Assembly: GCA_045536125.1 (NCBI GenBank)
Contig: JAZSMX010000161.1
Span: forward strand, 1 to 47,410
Reading direction: 5' to 3'
Length of the DNA: 47,410 nucleotides
DNA from: Eubacteriales bacterium
GTDB taxonomy: Bacteria; Bacillota; Clostridia; Oscillospirales; CAG-272
Shown here: in pieces, positions 10,131-19,719 of the stretch
Layout of the letters: each line of letters opens with the position of its first letter
Numbering within the stretch: position 1 is the first letter of the stretch
Program-made: the position numbers and the translations under genes
The notes under the pieces: generated by a model
The model's database searches: none
What the model saw: the letters and a program-made list of their open reading frames with translations, nothing else
What the model was told of the DNA's origin: nothing

Positions 10131-10451
10131 ATGAACGCATATTACAATAACAAAAGAGAAATAAATTCCAATAACGATATTTTTAAAAACTATCTTTTAG
10201 GAGAAGCAACCCCCGCTCCTATGTGGAAAAGACGTTCTGATGCGGTTCTTGCCATCATCATGGCGATTCTTTCCATCCTCACGGGAAGTACCGCACGCCG
10301 CATTGTACGTGTCTTTTCCGTCGCCCTTCTTTTGGTTGCTCTCGTCGGTGTGATCGGTGCGGTTGAAATCGGAGCGATCGGCTTGGGACTTGGCTTTTTG
10401 ATCGGCTCTTGTATTCTTGTCCTTGAATATCTTTGCCTTAGAAAGCACTGA
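10131..10451 (+). CDS. Small membrane protein, three predicted TM helices, function unknown
   Basis: 106 aa from ATG 10131 with a GGAGG RBS; three hydrophobic stretches after a polar N-terminus. Confidence 0.75.
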   Translation: MNAYYNNKREINSNNDIFKNYLLGEATPAPMWKRRSDAVLAIIMAILSILTGSTARRIVRVFSVALLLVALVGVIGAVEIGAIGLGLGFLIGSCILVLEYLCLRKH

Positions 10452-10494
10452 ATGAACGGCATCTTCGAGCAACTCCCCACCCCTTATCAAAAAC

Positions 10495-10757
10495 AAAAGG
10501 GGGTGTCTCAAATTGAAAAATTGAGACACCCCCAAGGGGCTCGGCAGATTTAGGCGAGAAGCGTCGAATTCGGGGCGTGAGGCGTACAAAGGTACGTCGA
10601 GCCCCGAAGTCGGCGGTAGAAAAAGCCCGTTAAAATTTGGAGAATTTCGAAGAAATTCAACATATTCCTGTCTCATTTTTCGATTCTTCCGGAAAACGGG
10701 GCTTTTTTCTTTTTCCCACGGGCTTTTTCGTTCTCGTCAAATGTGACAGCCCCTTTT
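10495..10757. mobile_element. MITE/REP-like non-coding palindromic element
   Basis: Imperfect terminal inverted repeats aaaagggggtgtctcaaat / aaatgtgacagcccctttt, several internal inverted repeats, no credible ORF, between convergent genes. Confidence 0.45.
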
Positions 10758-10815
10758 CTGTTCGCAACGCTGCTACGCGATGAAAGGAACTCTCCCACAA
10801 GCGAAGTGTATTTGA

Positions 10816-11919
10816 TTATTTACGTATCAACTCAGCCAGAGCGTTCCCTACAAGAGTGGCGCTTCGCTTGGCTTCCTCCACAGAATTGGCACCCGTACCG
10901 ATCTCCAAAAGAAGTGAATATGTACACAGCTCCTGATTATAGGATGCATTTCTCAGGATACTCGGTCTGCAAAGATCCTTTGTTTCTTGATTTAAAGAGA
11001 CACGCAGCTGCTCTGCCAAAGCAAGATTTTTCTTCCAATTGGGATGGTGCGTACCGTTGGCGTCACTTCCCACCACTGCCATAACCTGTGCCAAAGCCAC
11101 CTCGGAATCATCGGCAATTGCGCGGACGTACTCCCCATCCGAGGTAAGAATCGCATCTCGGTGAAGATCAATCACGTATGAAATCGATGGATAAAGCTTC
11201 AAGAAAAAGCGAATGCTCTCGGCACTGCGTTGGTAGCTTCCCACGTTTCCGTCGGCATCGTGAACGGTCGTGCAATGAATTGTTCCGATTCCGTGTCCGT
11301 TCAACGTATCTTGAAGCACTTCACCGACTGCCACCACACTTCGTCCGACATCCTTCGTATAAGTTGCCTCCCCAACGTCTCCCCTGATCCACGTTGCCCC
11401 TTCTTCCGCATACCCTTCCTGCGTGTGTGTATGAAGAATCAGAACCACAGGATCTTCTCCCACCTTGCGCGAGAGATCGTAAGAAAGCCAGTCCTCACCG
11501 TTCAGAGTTTGAATGCTCTCATTGTTTATATAGCCGTCTTCCCCACGGTGCGCGGGAAAGGTCACGGATAAAATCGGAACTCCCGCCTGTGGGGACTCTT
11601 CAAGGATCTCCTTGTCCTCACTCGCATTCTGCGACGGTGTCTTCCCACTCTCGATGTCCCAATCCCCTGTTGTGCTTCCGAGCAAAACGTCTGACGAAAA
11701 ATCCGTTCCCGCGGTTGTTCTCCCCGTTCCAACGTCTGTTTCTTCGTTTTCCTTCCAATCCTCCATTTCAAACGCATAGGTTACTGCAAAGGCGGCAACC
11801 AGCAATGCGGCACAAATCAGAAACAGAGCGAAAAAGCGTTTTCTTTTACGGCAATATTCCAAAAGTGAAACTTCTTCCCCATCACTGATCTGATCCCGTC
11901 TGATCGGATGCTTTTCCAT
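10816..11919 (-). CDS. spoIIP: Stage II sporulation protein P (amidase/endopeptidase)
   Basis: N-terminal TM; LILHTHTQEGY, SVVAVGEVL, SYQRS, IDLHRD, YNQ...LLLEIG motifs; directly downstream of gpr. Confidence 0.92.
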   Translation of the reverse strand: MEKHPIRRDQISDGEEVSLLEYCRKRKRFFALFLICAALLVAAFAVTYAFEMEDWKENEETDVGTGRTTAGTDFSSDVLLGSTTGDWDIESGKTPSQNASEDKEILEESPQAGVPILSVTFPAHRGEDGYINNESIQTLNGEDWLSYDLSRKVGEDPVVLILHTHTQEGYAEEGATWIRGDVGEATYTKDVGRSVVAVGEVLQDTLNGHGIGTIHCTTVHDADGNVGSYQRSAESIRFFLKLYPSISYVIDLHRDAILTSDGEYVRAIADDSEVALAQVMAVVGSDANGTHHPNWKKNLALAEQLRVSLNQETKDLCRPSILRNASYNQELCTYSLLLEIGTGANSVEEAKRSATLVGNALAELIRK

Positions 11920-11960
11920 ATGATCCTTCCCTTCCTTTTATATTCCGTCACGGACATCAT

Positions 11961-11990
11961 ATCTTATGCAAGCCGTTGAAAAAATATTAC
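11961..11990 (-). promoter_or_regulatory. sigma-E-like promoter of spoIIP
   Basis: Minus strand ATA-16-CATAagaT between gpr and spoIIP. Confidence 0.45.
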
Positions 11991-12895
11991 GGCAAGGTGT
12001 GCATCAGTGTCGGTGTAAACGCTTCTCCGATGGCACTTGAAAGAATCTCTCCCACCCTTTTCGCAATCATATCGGATTCTCTCGGAGAAACGAAAAATGC
12101 CTCTCCCTCACACAGCACCCGTGCCAGCTTCGGATCGGGATGTTCAATCCCCGCTTTTTGCAGCGCATCGTATACAAGCGTCGCGGAATTGACGACGGTC
12201 GGCACTCCGATGGCGATCACAGGAACGCCAAGTGATTCACGGTTGATAGCAGCCCGATGATTTCCAACTCCCGCGCCCGGTAAAATCCCCTCGGTGGAAA
12301 GCTGAACCGTGGACGCCAATCTTGAACAGCTCCTGGCTGCCAGCGCATCAATGATCAATACAAGATCCGGGCGAACCGCTCTCACCGCTCCACGTACAAT
12401 TTCAAGTGTTTCAATTCCCGTTTGTCCAAGAACCCCCGTTGACAGAGCCGAAAGTGAGGTACATCCAAGTTCACGGTAAACTGACCGCTCGTGTGTGCGA
12501 AGATGCCGCGTCGCGGTAAGAGCCTTGACGGTTTTCGGCCCAATCGCATCCGCTGTCAACTCCTCATTTCCAAGTCCTGCAACAAACACCTCAAAATCTT
12601 CATCGAAATTTTTTTTCGTCAAGCGAGCCCCCATGTCTCTGATTTCCTTTGAAAGAAGCTTGATCAGAGCATTCTTTTCCTCTGTCAAAAGCTGATCCAG
12701 CCGTCCGCATTCCAGTGTAACGTAGGATCCGATCCCGCGACCGATCCGATCCGCCGCCTCCTTTGTTAAAATTTCAGCTCGCTGAACGTGAAAAGCACCC
12801 TCTGCTTCCTCGGACGTTCTCACTCCGTGCTCCGCTTCAAGCGTTCCGCAATTCATGTTTTCACAAGCAAGATCGCTTTTTGTATAGTCCCTCAT
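11987..12895 (-). CDS. gpr: Germination protease (GPR endopeptidase)
   Basis: SDLACE propeptide region, GLGNEELTADAIGP, GVLGQTGIET, IDALAARS, PGAGVGNHR, IAIGVPTVV. Confidence 0.95.
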   Translation of the reverse strand: MRDYTKSDLACENMNCGTLEAEHGVRTSEEAEGAFHVQRAEILTKEAADRIGRGIGSYVTLECGRLDQLLTEEKNALIKLLSKEIRDMGARLTKKNFDEDFEVFVAGLGNEELTADAIGPKTVKALTATRHLRTHERSVYRELGCTSLSALSTGVLGQTGIETLEIVRGAVRAVRPDLVLIIDALAARSCSRLASTVQLSTEGILPGAGVGNHRAAINRESLGVPVIAIGVPTVVNSATLVYDALQKAGIEHPDPKLARVLCEGEAFFVSPRESDMIAKRVGEILSSAIGEAFTPTLMHTLP

Positions 12896-12928
12896 GTCTC
12901 TTTTCTCTCTCCTTTTACCTTCTATTCC

Positions 12929-12958
12929 TACTTTGATAAAAAAATTAACAAAATATAC
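12929..12958 (-). promoter_or_regulatory. sigma-G/F-like promoter of gpr
   Basis: GTATA-18-CAAAGTA; gpr is a known forespore gene. Confidence 0.6.
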
Positions 12959-12979
12959 ATCAAAAAATTTGGGAATCTA

Positions 12980-13008
12980 TTGAAATCAAATAGAAAATAG
13001 TTTATAAT
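12980..13008 (+). promoter_or_regulatory. sigma-A promoter
   Basis: TTGAAA-17-TATAAT. Confidence 0.65.
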
Positions 13009-13075
13009 AATAGAGTATATAATCGTGCTTTACGGCTCGATCGTGATTATATCTATTTTGAGGAGGTTTTCCACC

Positions 13076-15196
13076 ATGTTAAAACGTATCTTTGCTCTCA
13101 TGCTGTGCGTATTGATGCTGGTTCCCGCCCTCGCTTCCTGCGCCGACAGCGGAGATGACAGCGATCCCGGAGCTTACATCACTATGTATCTGACAGACGA
13201 GATCTACGATTTCGATCCTATCAACGCATACAGCAACAGCAGTACATACAACATCGTCAGCATGATGTATGATACACTGTTCACACTGACGAAGGATGGT
13301 GAAATCAAAAAATCGCTTGTAAAGGAATACAAGAAGATCGAGGACAGTGACGAGAACGAGTACGGTGTGGAGTTCACTCTGAACGATACCTACTGGAGCG
13401 ACGGTTCTCCCCTTACCGCGGATGACATCATCTTTGCATGGAAGCGTCTTTTGAACGTTAACTCCAATTATGAAGCCGCATCGCTTCTCTTCGACATCAA
13501 AAACGCGCGTGCCGTTAAGCAGGGAGATGCCAGCATCGACGACCTCGGTCTTGAAGCTCTTGAGAGTAAGGTTTTGAAGGTTGTATTTGAAGGGCCTGTG
13601 GACTACGACCAATTCTTCCTCAACCTGACAAGCGTTGTGACCGCTCCCCTTTCCGAGAGTGCGGTTTCCAAGGACAGCGACTGGGCAAAGAAGAGCGCAA
13701 CCATCCGTACGAGCGGTCCTTACAAGCTCGGTAAAACCACGTACACCAACACAACCGACAGCGACACTCCCGACACCTTTGATAAATACGCGTATGACGC
13801 TAAGGGCAACTTAGTTCCTCCCACAAGCGATTCCAACAACGCATTTGAAAAGACGCTCACCAACTTTATTCTGGAGCGCAACCGTTACTACTACCGCAAT
13901 GACGCGACCGATGCAATCAAGTCCTCCGTTACGAACTATCGAATCCTTGTAGACTGCACAAAGTCTGCAGAGGAGATCATGGATGAGTATAAGGCCGGCA
14001 AGATCTTCTACATCGGAGACATCCCCTACTCTGTCAGAGGCAATGAGGATTATGCGGATCTTCTTGACACTGCAACCGTCAGAGATTCTCTCTCCACTCT
14101 CGTCTTCTACTTGAATCAGAATGCTCTGATCGATGACGGAGCAGAGGGTGCTACTCTCTTCAAGGACAAGAACGTTCGCAAAGCACTTTCCCTTGCAATT
14201 GACCGTGAAAAGATCGCGTCCATGCTCGTCTACGCAGAAGCAGCAACCGGTCTTGTTCCGAACGGTGTCATCTCTTCCTATCAGAAGAAGAAATCGGAAA
14301 GCTTCCGCACCGATGACAATGCACTTCTTTCCGCTTCGGCAGATATGAAGGCAGCAAAGGCACTTCTCAAGGATATTACTCCTTCCGACTACAGCTTCTC
14401 CATCACCGTTGCGAAATACGACAAGAAAAACGTTGCCGTTGCCAATGAAATCAAGAAGGCATGGGGCAGCGACGGACTCGGCTTCAACGTCACGGTGAAA
14501 GAAGTAACCACCATTCAGAACAACGATATTCTGAAGCTGATCGGTGCTGCATCCGAAGACGTTTGTGACGATCAGTTCACAGAAGCGCTTCAGATGGCAG
14601 ATTACGAGGTAATTCTTGCAGATTCCGTTTCTTACTCCGCGGATGCATTTGCAACGTTGGCTTGCTACGCAAAGCCCTTCTCCGGAATGCCCGTTGACAT
14701 GGATTCCACCGATTATGCATTGGTTCCTCATCGCACCGGATATGACAGCGCCGATTACAACAACTTGATCGAGGCAATCTATTACATTCCTTACTTTGAA
14801 GAAATGGATCGCGACGGTTCTTCCTTCTCCGAGCTTTACCACGCGAAGGGTGAATATGAAGCACTCTACGATGCAATCGAAGAGATTTACGACACTCACG
14901 GAATCGAAACCACCACAGACAGCAAAAAGTGGGCTGCACAGAAGGCAGAGCTTCTGGAAGCAGCAGAAGAACTCCTCCTTGAAGATATGCCTGTGATCCC
15001 CGTGGTCTTCAACAAGGATGCCATTCTCGTTTCCGAAGAGCTGACCAACGTAGATTCCACCTTCTACATTCCCGCGTCCTTTACCAAAACCGATCTGAAG
15101 GATTATCAGAAATATTCTTACAAGGACGCTAATGACAACTCTATTTCCATCTTCGCTTCCTTCCCCGAAATCCTTTGGGATAAGGTTGAAGAATAA
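13076..15196 (+). CDS. OppA/DppA-family (SBP family 5) ABC substrate-binding lipoprotein
   Basis: GAGGAGG RBS; lipobox ALASC; WSDGSPLTADDIIFAWKR, SGPYKL, LERNRYYY, VRKALSLAIDRE, EELLLEDMPVIPV. Confidence 0.88.
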   Translation: MLKRIFALMLCVLMLVPALASCADSGDDSDPGAYITMYLTDEIYDFDPINAYSNSSTYNIVSMMYDTLFTLTKDGEIKKSLVKEYKKIEDSDENEYGVEFTLNDTYWSDGSPLTADDIIFAWKRLLNVNSNYEAASLLFDIKNARAVKQGDASIDDLGLEALESKVLKVVFEGPVDYDQFFLNLTSVVTAPLSESAVSKDSDWAKKSATIRTSGPYKLGKTTYTNTTDSDTPDTFDKYAYDAKGNLVPPTSDSNNAFEKTLTNFILERNRYYYRNDATDAIKSSVTNYRILVDCTKSAEEIMDEYKAGKIFYIGDIPYSVRGNEDYADLLDTATVRDSLSTLVFYLNQNALIDDGAEGATLFKDKNVRKALSLAIDREKIASMLVYAEAATGLVPNGVISSYQKKKSESFRTDDNALLSASADMKAAKALLKDITPSDYSFSITVAKYDKKNVAVANEIKKAWGSDGLGFNVTVKEVTTIQNNDILKLIGAASEDVCDDQFTEALQMADYEVILADSVSYSADAFATLACYAKPFSGMPVDMDSTDYALVPHRTGYDSADYNNLIEAIYYIPYFEEMDRDGSSFSELYHAKGEYEALYDAIEEIYDTHGIETTTDSKKWAAQKAELLEAAEELLLEDMPVIPVVFNKDAILVSEELTNVDSTFYIPASFTKTDLKDYQKYSYKDANDNSISIFASFPEILWDKVEE

Positions 15197-15201
15197 TCAA
15201 C

Positions 15202-15248
15202 ACATACAAAAAGGTCTGAACCACCGCGGTTCAGACCTTTTTGTATGT
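15202..15248. terminator. Bidirectional terminator
   Basis: Perfect 21-bp inverted repeat acatacaaaaaggtctgaacc / ggttcagacctttttgtatgt. Confidence 0.88.
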
Positions 15249-15263
15249 ATTGCAACGACTGTT

Positions 15264-16034
15264 TTAAATCGTCTCGTAGATTTTTTTCATTCGGAGAAGC
15301 ATTTCGTTAAATTGCTCGCATTCGTGTGGTCCCCCCTCAAAGCTCATCGCCCGATCGTATCCGATGCTCTTGAGCTTTTTGATGCAATCCTCAAAGAATG
15401 CCCAATCCTCCTCCGTGGTAGGTCGGGTACGCGTGTTTGCGGTTGCAATGTGAGTGTGATACAAAAGATCCTTGTTTTGTTCAATCGTTGAAAAATCCTC
15501 TCCGTTAGCGGAAAAATGATAAAAATCAACAAGAAGCTTGAAATTATCTCTGTTGACCGTGCGACAATATTCAGCCCCTTCCGCAAATGTATTGACAATA
15601 TTGACTTCTTCGAAGCGCAAGGGCTCAACCACAACCGTCTGTCCAAGCGGCTTTGCAATATCGGACATCAGATTTCCAAGCTCATAAAGCTGATCCCATG
15701 CCTTTTCCCGCGAAAATCCGTCCGGAACGCGCTTTGCTTTTCCGGAACCGAATACCAATACAGACACCTTCAGTTCGGCAAGTCGGTAGAAAATCTGATC
15801 ACAGTAAGCGCGCACGGCATCCCAATTCACGTCTCCGGTCAAGCGAAGATCCTGTGGAAACAGTCCGTTTGAGCTGTACGTTGTAAACCATCCGTCCTCC
15901 ACCGCTTTTTTCAAGTGATCTAAGCGCTCTTTTTCAAGATCCACGAGATCCCACGCCGCGATCTCCACAAAATCCGTATGCTTTGGATAAGCCTCCTGTG
16001 CTTTTTCAAAATTGATACATGCACCAAATTTCAT
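15264..16034 (-). CDS. Sugar phosphate isomerase/epimerase (xylose isomerase-like TIM barrel)
   Basis: VFGSGKAK, VVEPL, LLVDFYH, HTHIA, MSFEG metal-ligand motifs. Confidence 0.85.
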   Translation of the reverse strand: MKFGACINFEKAQEAYPKHTDFVEIAAWDLVDLEKERLDHLKKAVEDGWFTTYSSNGLFPQDLRLTGDVNWDAVRAYCDQIFYRLAELKVSVLVFGSGKAKRVPDGFSREKAWDQLYELGNLMSDIAKPLGQTVVVEPLRFEEVNIVNTFAEGAEYCRTVNRDNFKLLVDFYHFSANGEDFSTIEQNKDLLYHTHIATANTRTRPTTEEDWAFFEDCIKKLKSIGYDRAMSFEGGPHECEQFNEMLLRMKKIYETI

Positions 16035-16044
16035 AGTATTCTCC

Positions 16045-17438
16045 TTATGGATTCATACCAAAGTATTTTACAGAGTTATAGTAAGAAATATCACGAACAA
16101 CGGTTCCTACCGTCTCTATATCCGCAGTCATTTCTCCCGCCTCCATCATTTCTCCAAAATATGAGCAAAGAATGCGACGGAAATAATGATGTCTGGGATA
16201 GGACAGAAGTGAGCGGCTATCGGTCAGCATTCCCACAAAAGCACCGATGTGTCCCGTCGCAGTCAAATCTCTCAAATGCTGCTCCATTCCGACTTTGTTA
16301 TCAAGGAACCACCAAGCGGGACCGTACTGCAGCTTCCCACGCGCTTCGCTTCCCTGGAAGCAACCGATGAGCGTCATGATCTCCGTATTCATTTTCGGAT
16401 TCAGGTTGAATACGATGGTCTTCGGAAGCGAGCCTTCCCCGTACAAGCGATCAAAGAGACGAGACATCAGCGTTGTACTGTCGGTATCCGAAATACTGTC
16501 AAAGCCCGTATCCAAACCAAGGTGCGAAAGCATCACGGAATTGTTGTTTCGCATCGCTCCGATATGAAGCTCGGTGGCAACGTCATATTTTGCATACAGC
16601 TTCATCAGGTAGTAAGTAAGGTATCCCTTGAAGCACTCGGTCTCCTTTTCCGTAGGCCGTCCTCCCGAAAGAACGGATAAGAGCACCTTCTCCGCCTCCT
16701 CGGGTGTTGTGATCGGGAGAACACGCTCCAATGCGATATCGCTGGCGCGGGCACCCACACGCAAAAACTCACGCAAACGCAATTCCAATGCCTCTTCCAA
16801 GGCACGAATGCTTGTAATCGGGTGCGTAAGAGCCTCCAGCTTTCCTAAAAATTCACGGTAAGCGGGCGCATCAATGTTCATAATCTTGTCCGCACGGAAG
16901 GCGGGATGCACCGTAAAACGGTATCCCTTTTTGGCAATCTCTTCAAAAACGCTAAGATCGTCAAACACCTCATTCGTGGTATACAGGTGGCGTACGTTGG
17001 AGACCTCAATCAAAGAAGAAGGAGTAACCTTGTGATCACGGATATATGCGTTACACTCTTCCCAGATTCCTTCTGCGTTCGCTTCATTGATTTCCTTGGT
17101 ACAACCGAAAAACGTTTCCAATTCCACCTGAGACCAATGGTAGAGCGGATTTCCAAACGCAGTCGCCAATGCCTTACAGTAAGCCAAAAACTTTCCTTGT
17201 TGGAACGATTTCCTGTAATGAATTCTTCATCTACCCCGTAATTTCTCATCAATCTCCACTTGTAATGATCTCCCGCAAGCCAGATTTCAAAGACGTCCGA
17301 AAACGGACGGTTTTCGAGGATCTGACGCTCGGGAAGATGGCAGTGATAATCAAAGATCGGAGCGTCCTTGGCAAACTCCGTATAAAGTCTCTCAGCCGTT
17401 TTGTTCTTCAACAAAAAATCTTTTTGAATATAACTCAT
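16045..17438 (-). pseudogene. uxaC: Uronate isomerase split by a single-base frameshift near 17192
   Basis: N-part MSYIQKDFLLKN...IFDYHCHL...WLAGDHYKWRLMR; C-part GNPLYHW, FRADK, HIGAMRNNN, GPAWWFLD, GMLTDSRSLLSYPRHHYFRRILC; one extra A restores a 464-aa frame. Confidence 0.9.
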
Positions 17439-17448
17439 CCGCAACTCC

Positions 17449-18507
17449 TTACCAACCAAGCTTTTCGGTCACTCTCAATATTTCTCCCCAAACGATATCC
17501 TCGCACCACCAGTGCTCGCGAGGTGTTACTGTCAAGCTGCATGCATCGGAAGCATCTTCCTTGGCATAGATCTGCTCTACAGTGGCATATCCCTCTCGGA
17601 CTCCCGTAATCGGGAAGATATTGTCATTGACACCCGCAATGACCGAGAGGTGTCTCGGAGCAATCAGACAAGCGAGATCCTGCATATCGAAATAGCGATA
17701 TGCCGAGGGAATATAGTTACAGGAGCAATGGAACATCGCAAGAATGGAAGGTCCGTAGGGGCAGAAAGCACAGCTCGGTGCGCAAATCTTGATTCTTTCA
17801 TCATAGCATGCGGAGTAAAAGGATGCGGTTCCGCCACCGGAGTTTCCTGTGATCAGCACCTTCTCCGTATCGCATACGGGAAATGCGGATTCCAAAAGAT
17901 CAATGGCACGGTGAACGTCCCAGACTCGCTCTGCAAGAATCGTACGTCCCATTAAAAGTGCCTGCATAGCCGTATAGGTACAGGAGCGATAGCAATCCGC
18001 TTCCGTCGCTCTCGGGCGGCGCTCACCCATTCCGCGTTGCTCAATACACAGCGTTGCAAATCCACGACGTACCGCTTGCAAACCAAACTCACCGCGCGGA
18101 TGATAGTCGATATCCTCGAGATATTTGAACTGTCCTACGGAATTATGGAACCCCGTAGAATGTCCCTGCAACGTGATAGCAACCGGATATTTTTCCTTTG
18201 CATCGTCCGGGATCAGCAAGAAACACGGAACACGGTATCCCTCTTCGCTCCGGAAGGTAAAGCGTGTTTCCGTATAGCCCTCCTTCTTTTTCGTGTATTC
18301 AATCTCAAGTGCAAGATCACACTTTCCCGCAGCCTCGATCAGATCAAGTCCCGACAGCTCCTTGAATTTTGCGCGGACACTTTCCTTCCATGCGGTATAG
18401 TCCCCATTGGGATCATACTTCAAGGCTTGCTTCATTGCTTTTGCAAGTTCACCGTGCAACGGTTCTTCCGCATACTCATAAGCATTTTTTAAATTTGACG
18501 TGTCCAT
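17449..18507 (-). CDS. Alpha/beta hydrolase, acetyl-esterase-like
   Basis: LQGHSTG, EQRGMGER, nucleophile elbow GNSGGG, LIAPR, D-NIFP, EHWW. Confidence 0.75.
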   Translation of the reverse strand: MDTSNLKNAYEYAEEPLHGELAKAMKQALKYDPNGDYTAWKESVRAKFKELSGLDLIEAAGKCDLALEIEYTKKKEGYTETRFTFRSEEGYRVPCFLLIPDDAKEKYPVAITLQGHSTGFHNSVGQFKYLEDIDYHPRGEFGLQAVRRGFATLCIEQRGMGERRPRATEADCYRSCTYTAMQALLMGRTILAERVWDVHRAIDLLESAFPVCDTEKVLITGNSGGGTASFYSACYDERIKICAPSCAFCPYGPSILAMFHCSCNYIPSAYRYFDMQDLACLIAPRHLSVIAGVNDNIFPITGVREGYATVEQIYAKEDASDACSLTVTPREHWWCEDIVWGEILRVTEKLGW

Positions 18508-18544
18508 AAACATTTTCTCCTTATCGGTTTGTAGCATAATATTT

Positions 18545-19705
18545 TCAAAAATCCAGTATATCGGCACTCACACGTGCAATTTGTCTGATACCGTTGTGCA
18601 CGGTATCAAAGCTGATGTAGCTTCCGTTGCATATAAACCTTGCGTGCAGATCACAGCGGATATCCCAATTCCCATTGGGGGTGTAGGTGGCAGCGCGGAA
18701 CAATTCACAGCACTCGCCCGAGGAAAGACTGTATGCCATCAAACATCGATATCCGTCGATCGGATAACCGTCGCCAATGATGTATTTTTTGTCGGGTGAT
18801 ACGTTACAGTGAATATCCGGGTTGTAATTTCCGTAAAAATACGGCATATCATACTCTGTTGCGGAAGAATCGGTAACGCAAAGGCTGTATAGACTCTTTT
18901 TGTCATTCACTGTACAATGCGCCAGAATATGGTCGGCATCCACCCAGAAATAGTGGGAGACGTAGGTTTTTTCAAGAACGGTATGCACGTTTCCCTCCAA
19001 ATCTCCGATCATCATGGAAGTCAACCAAGGAACTTCATTCGTCCCGAAATTTCGCACCAGCATCACAAAACGGTCAGATGCTGTGTTAAAGGTGATGTGA
19101 TTGACAAGAATCTTTGAAATTTCCGTGTCAAAGCCGGAGGCGTGTGCCATGTCCTTGTAGGAACAGATCAGCTTGGAGGTTCCGCTTTCCATATCCACAA
19201 GAAATACACCGTCTGTTTCGGGAGCATGCTCCCCACTTCCAAGATCCCCAAATCCCGCATAGCCGTATCCCGGACGAAAATCGTAAATGCGACCGAAATT
19301 GATCGCAAGTCCCATTTTCCCATCGGGTGAGAGGCAAGCCAGAGCGCGCTCGGTATATTTTTTCTCCCCCGTTTGATAATTGTGCATCACGGAAAGAAAT
19401 CGTCCGTCAAGACACACGTTATAAAGTACGGTGTCTTCCAGCGTCGGATGATATTGAAGCATCGCTCCTTGCTGAAAATTCCATGCGGTGGTTTCTCCGA
19501 ATTTGTAAAATACACCGTTTTCCAAATATCCCAGCTCGCACACGTCCGCTTCGGTCGGCAACCGATCCTCAAAATCAACGCGATGACACAAATGACGACC
19601 GCGCGCATCCGTAGCTCGCATATCATAGTATCCAAAGAAATAATGAGCACCGTCATTCGGAGTTATTATTTCACAATCCTTACAGAACGAACTGATAAAA
19701 TTCAT
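18545..19705 (-). CDS. Beta-propeller protein resembling oligogalacturonate lyase (PL22)/TolB-like proteins
   Basis: HYFFGYYD, AWNFQQG, VNHITFN, VSHYFW, DIHCNVSPD, RCDLHARF repeats; AGGAG RBS; uronate operon context. Confidence 0.55.
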   Translation of the reverse strand: MNFISSFCKDCEIITPNDGAHYFFGYYDMRATDARGRHLCHRVDFEDRLPTEADVCELGYLENGVFYKFGETTAWNFQQGAMLQYHPTLEDTVLYNVCLDGRFLSVMHNYQTGEKKYTERALACLSPDGKMGLAINFGRIYDFRPGYGYAGFGDLGSGEHAPETDGVFLVDMESGTSKLICSYKDMAHASGFDTEISKILVNHITFNTASDRFVMLVRNFGTNEVPWLTSMMIGDLEGNVHTVLEKTYVSHYFWVDADHILAHCTVNDKKSLYSLCVTDSSATEYDMPYFYGNYNPDIHCNVSPDKKYIIGDGYPIDGYRCLMAYSLSSGECCELFRAATYTPNGNWDIRCDLHARFICNGSYISFDTVHNGIRQIARVSADILDF

Positions 19706-19719
19706 TATCTCACTCCTTT

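Noticed and set aside
9140-10451. Prophage immunity region
   Set aside because: No integrase, Cro-like HTH, replication or structural genes; flanks are housekeeping and sporulation genes
10197-10676. 159-aa minus-strand ORF across the palindromic element
   Set aside because: Overlaps the membrane gene antisense, lacks an RBS and has no transposase motifs
12933-12951. Rex-like site TTGATAA-N5-TTAACAA
   Set aside because: Spacer is 5 rather than 4 nt and it lies in very AT-rich sequence overlapping the gpr promoter
13811-14899. 362-aa minus-strand ORF
   Set aside because: Shadow of the OppA-like gene
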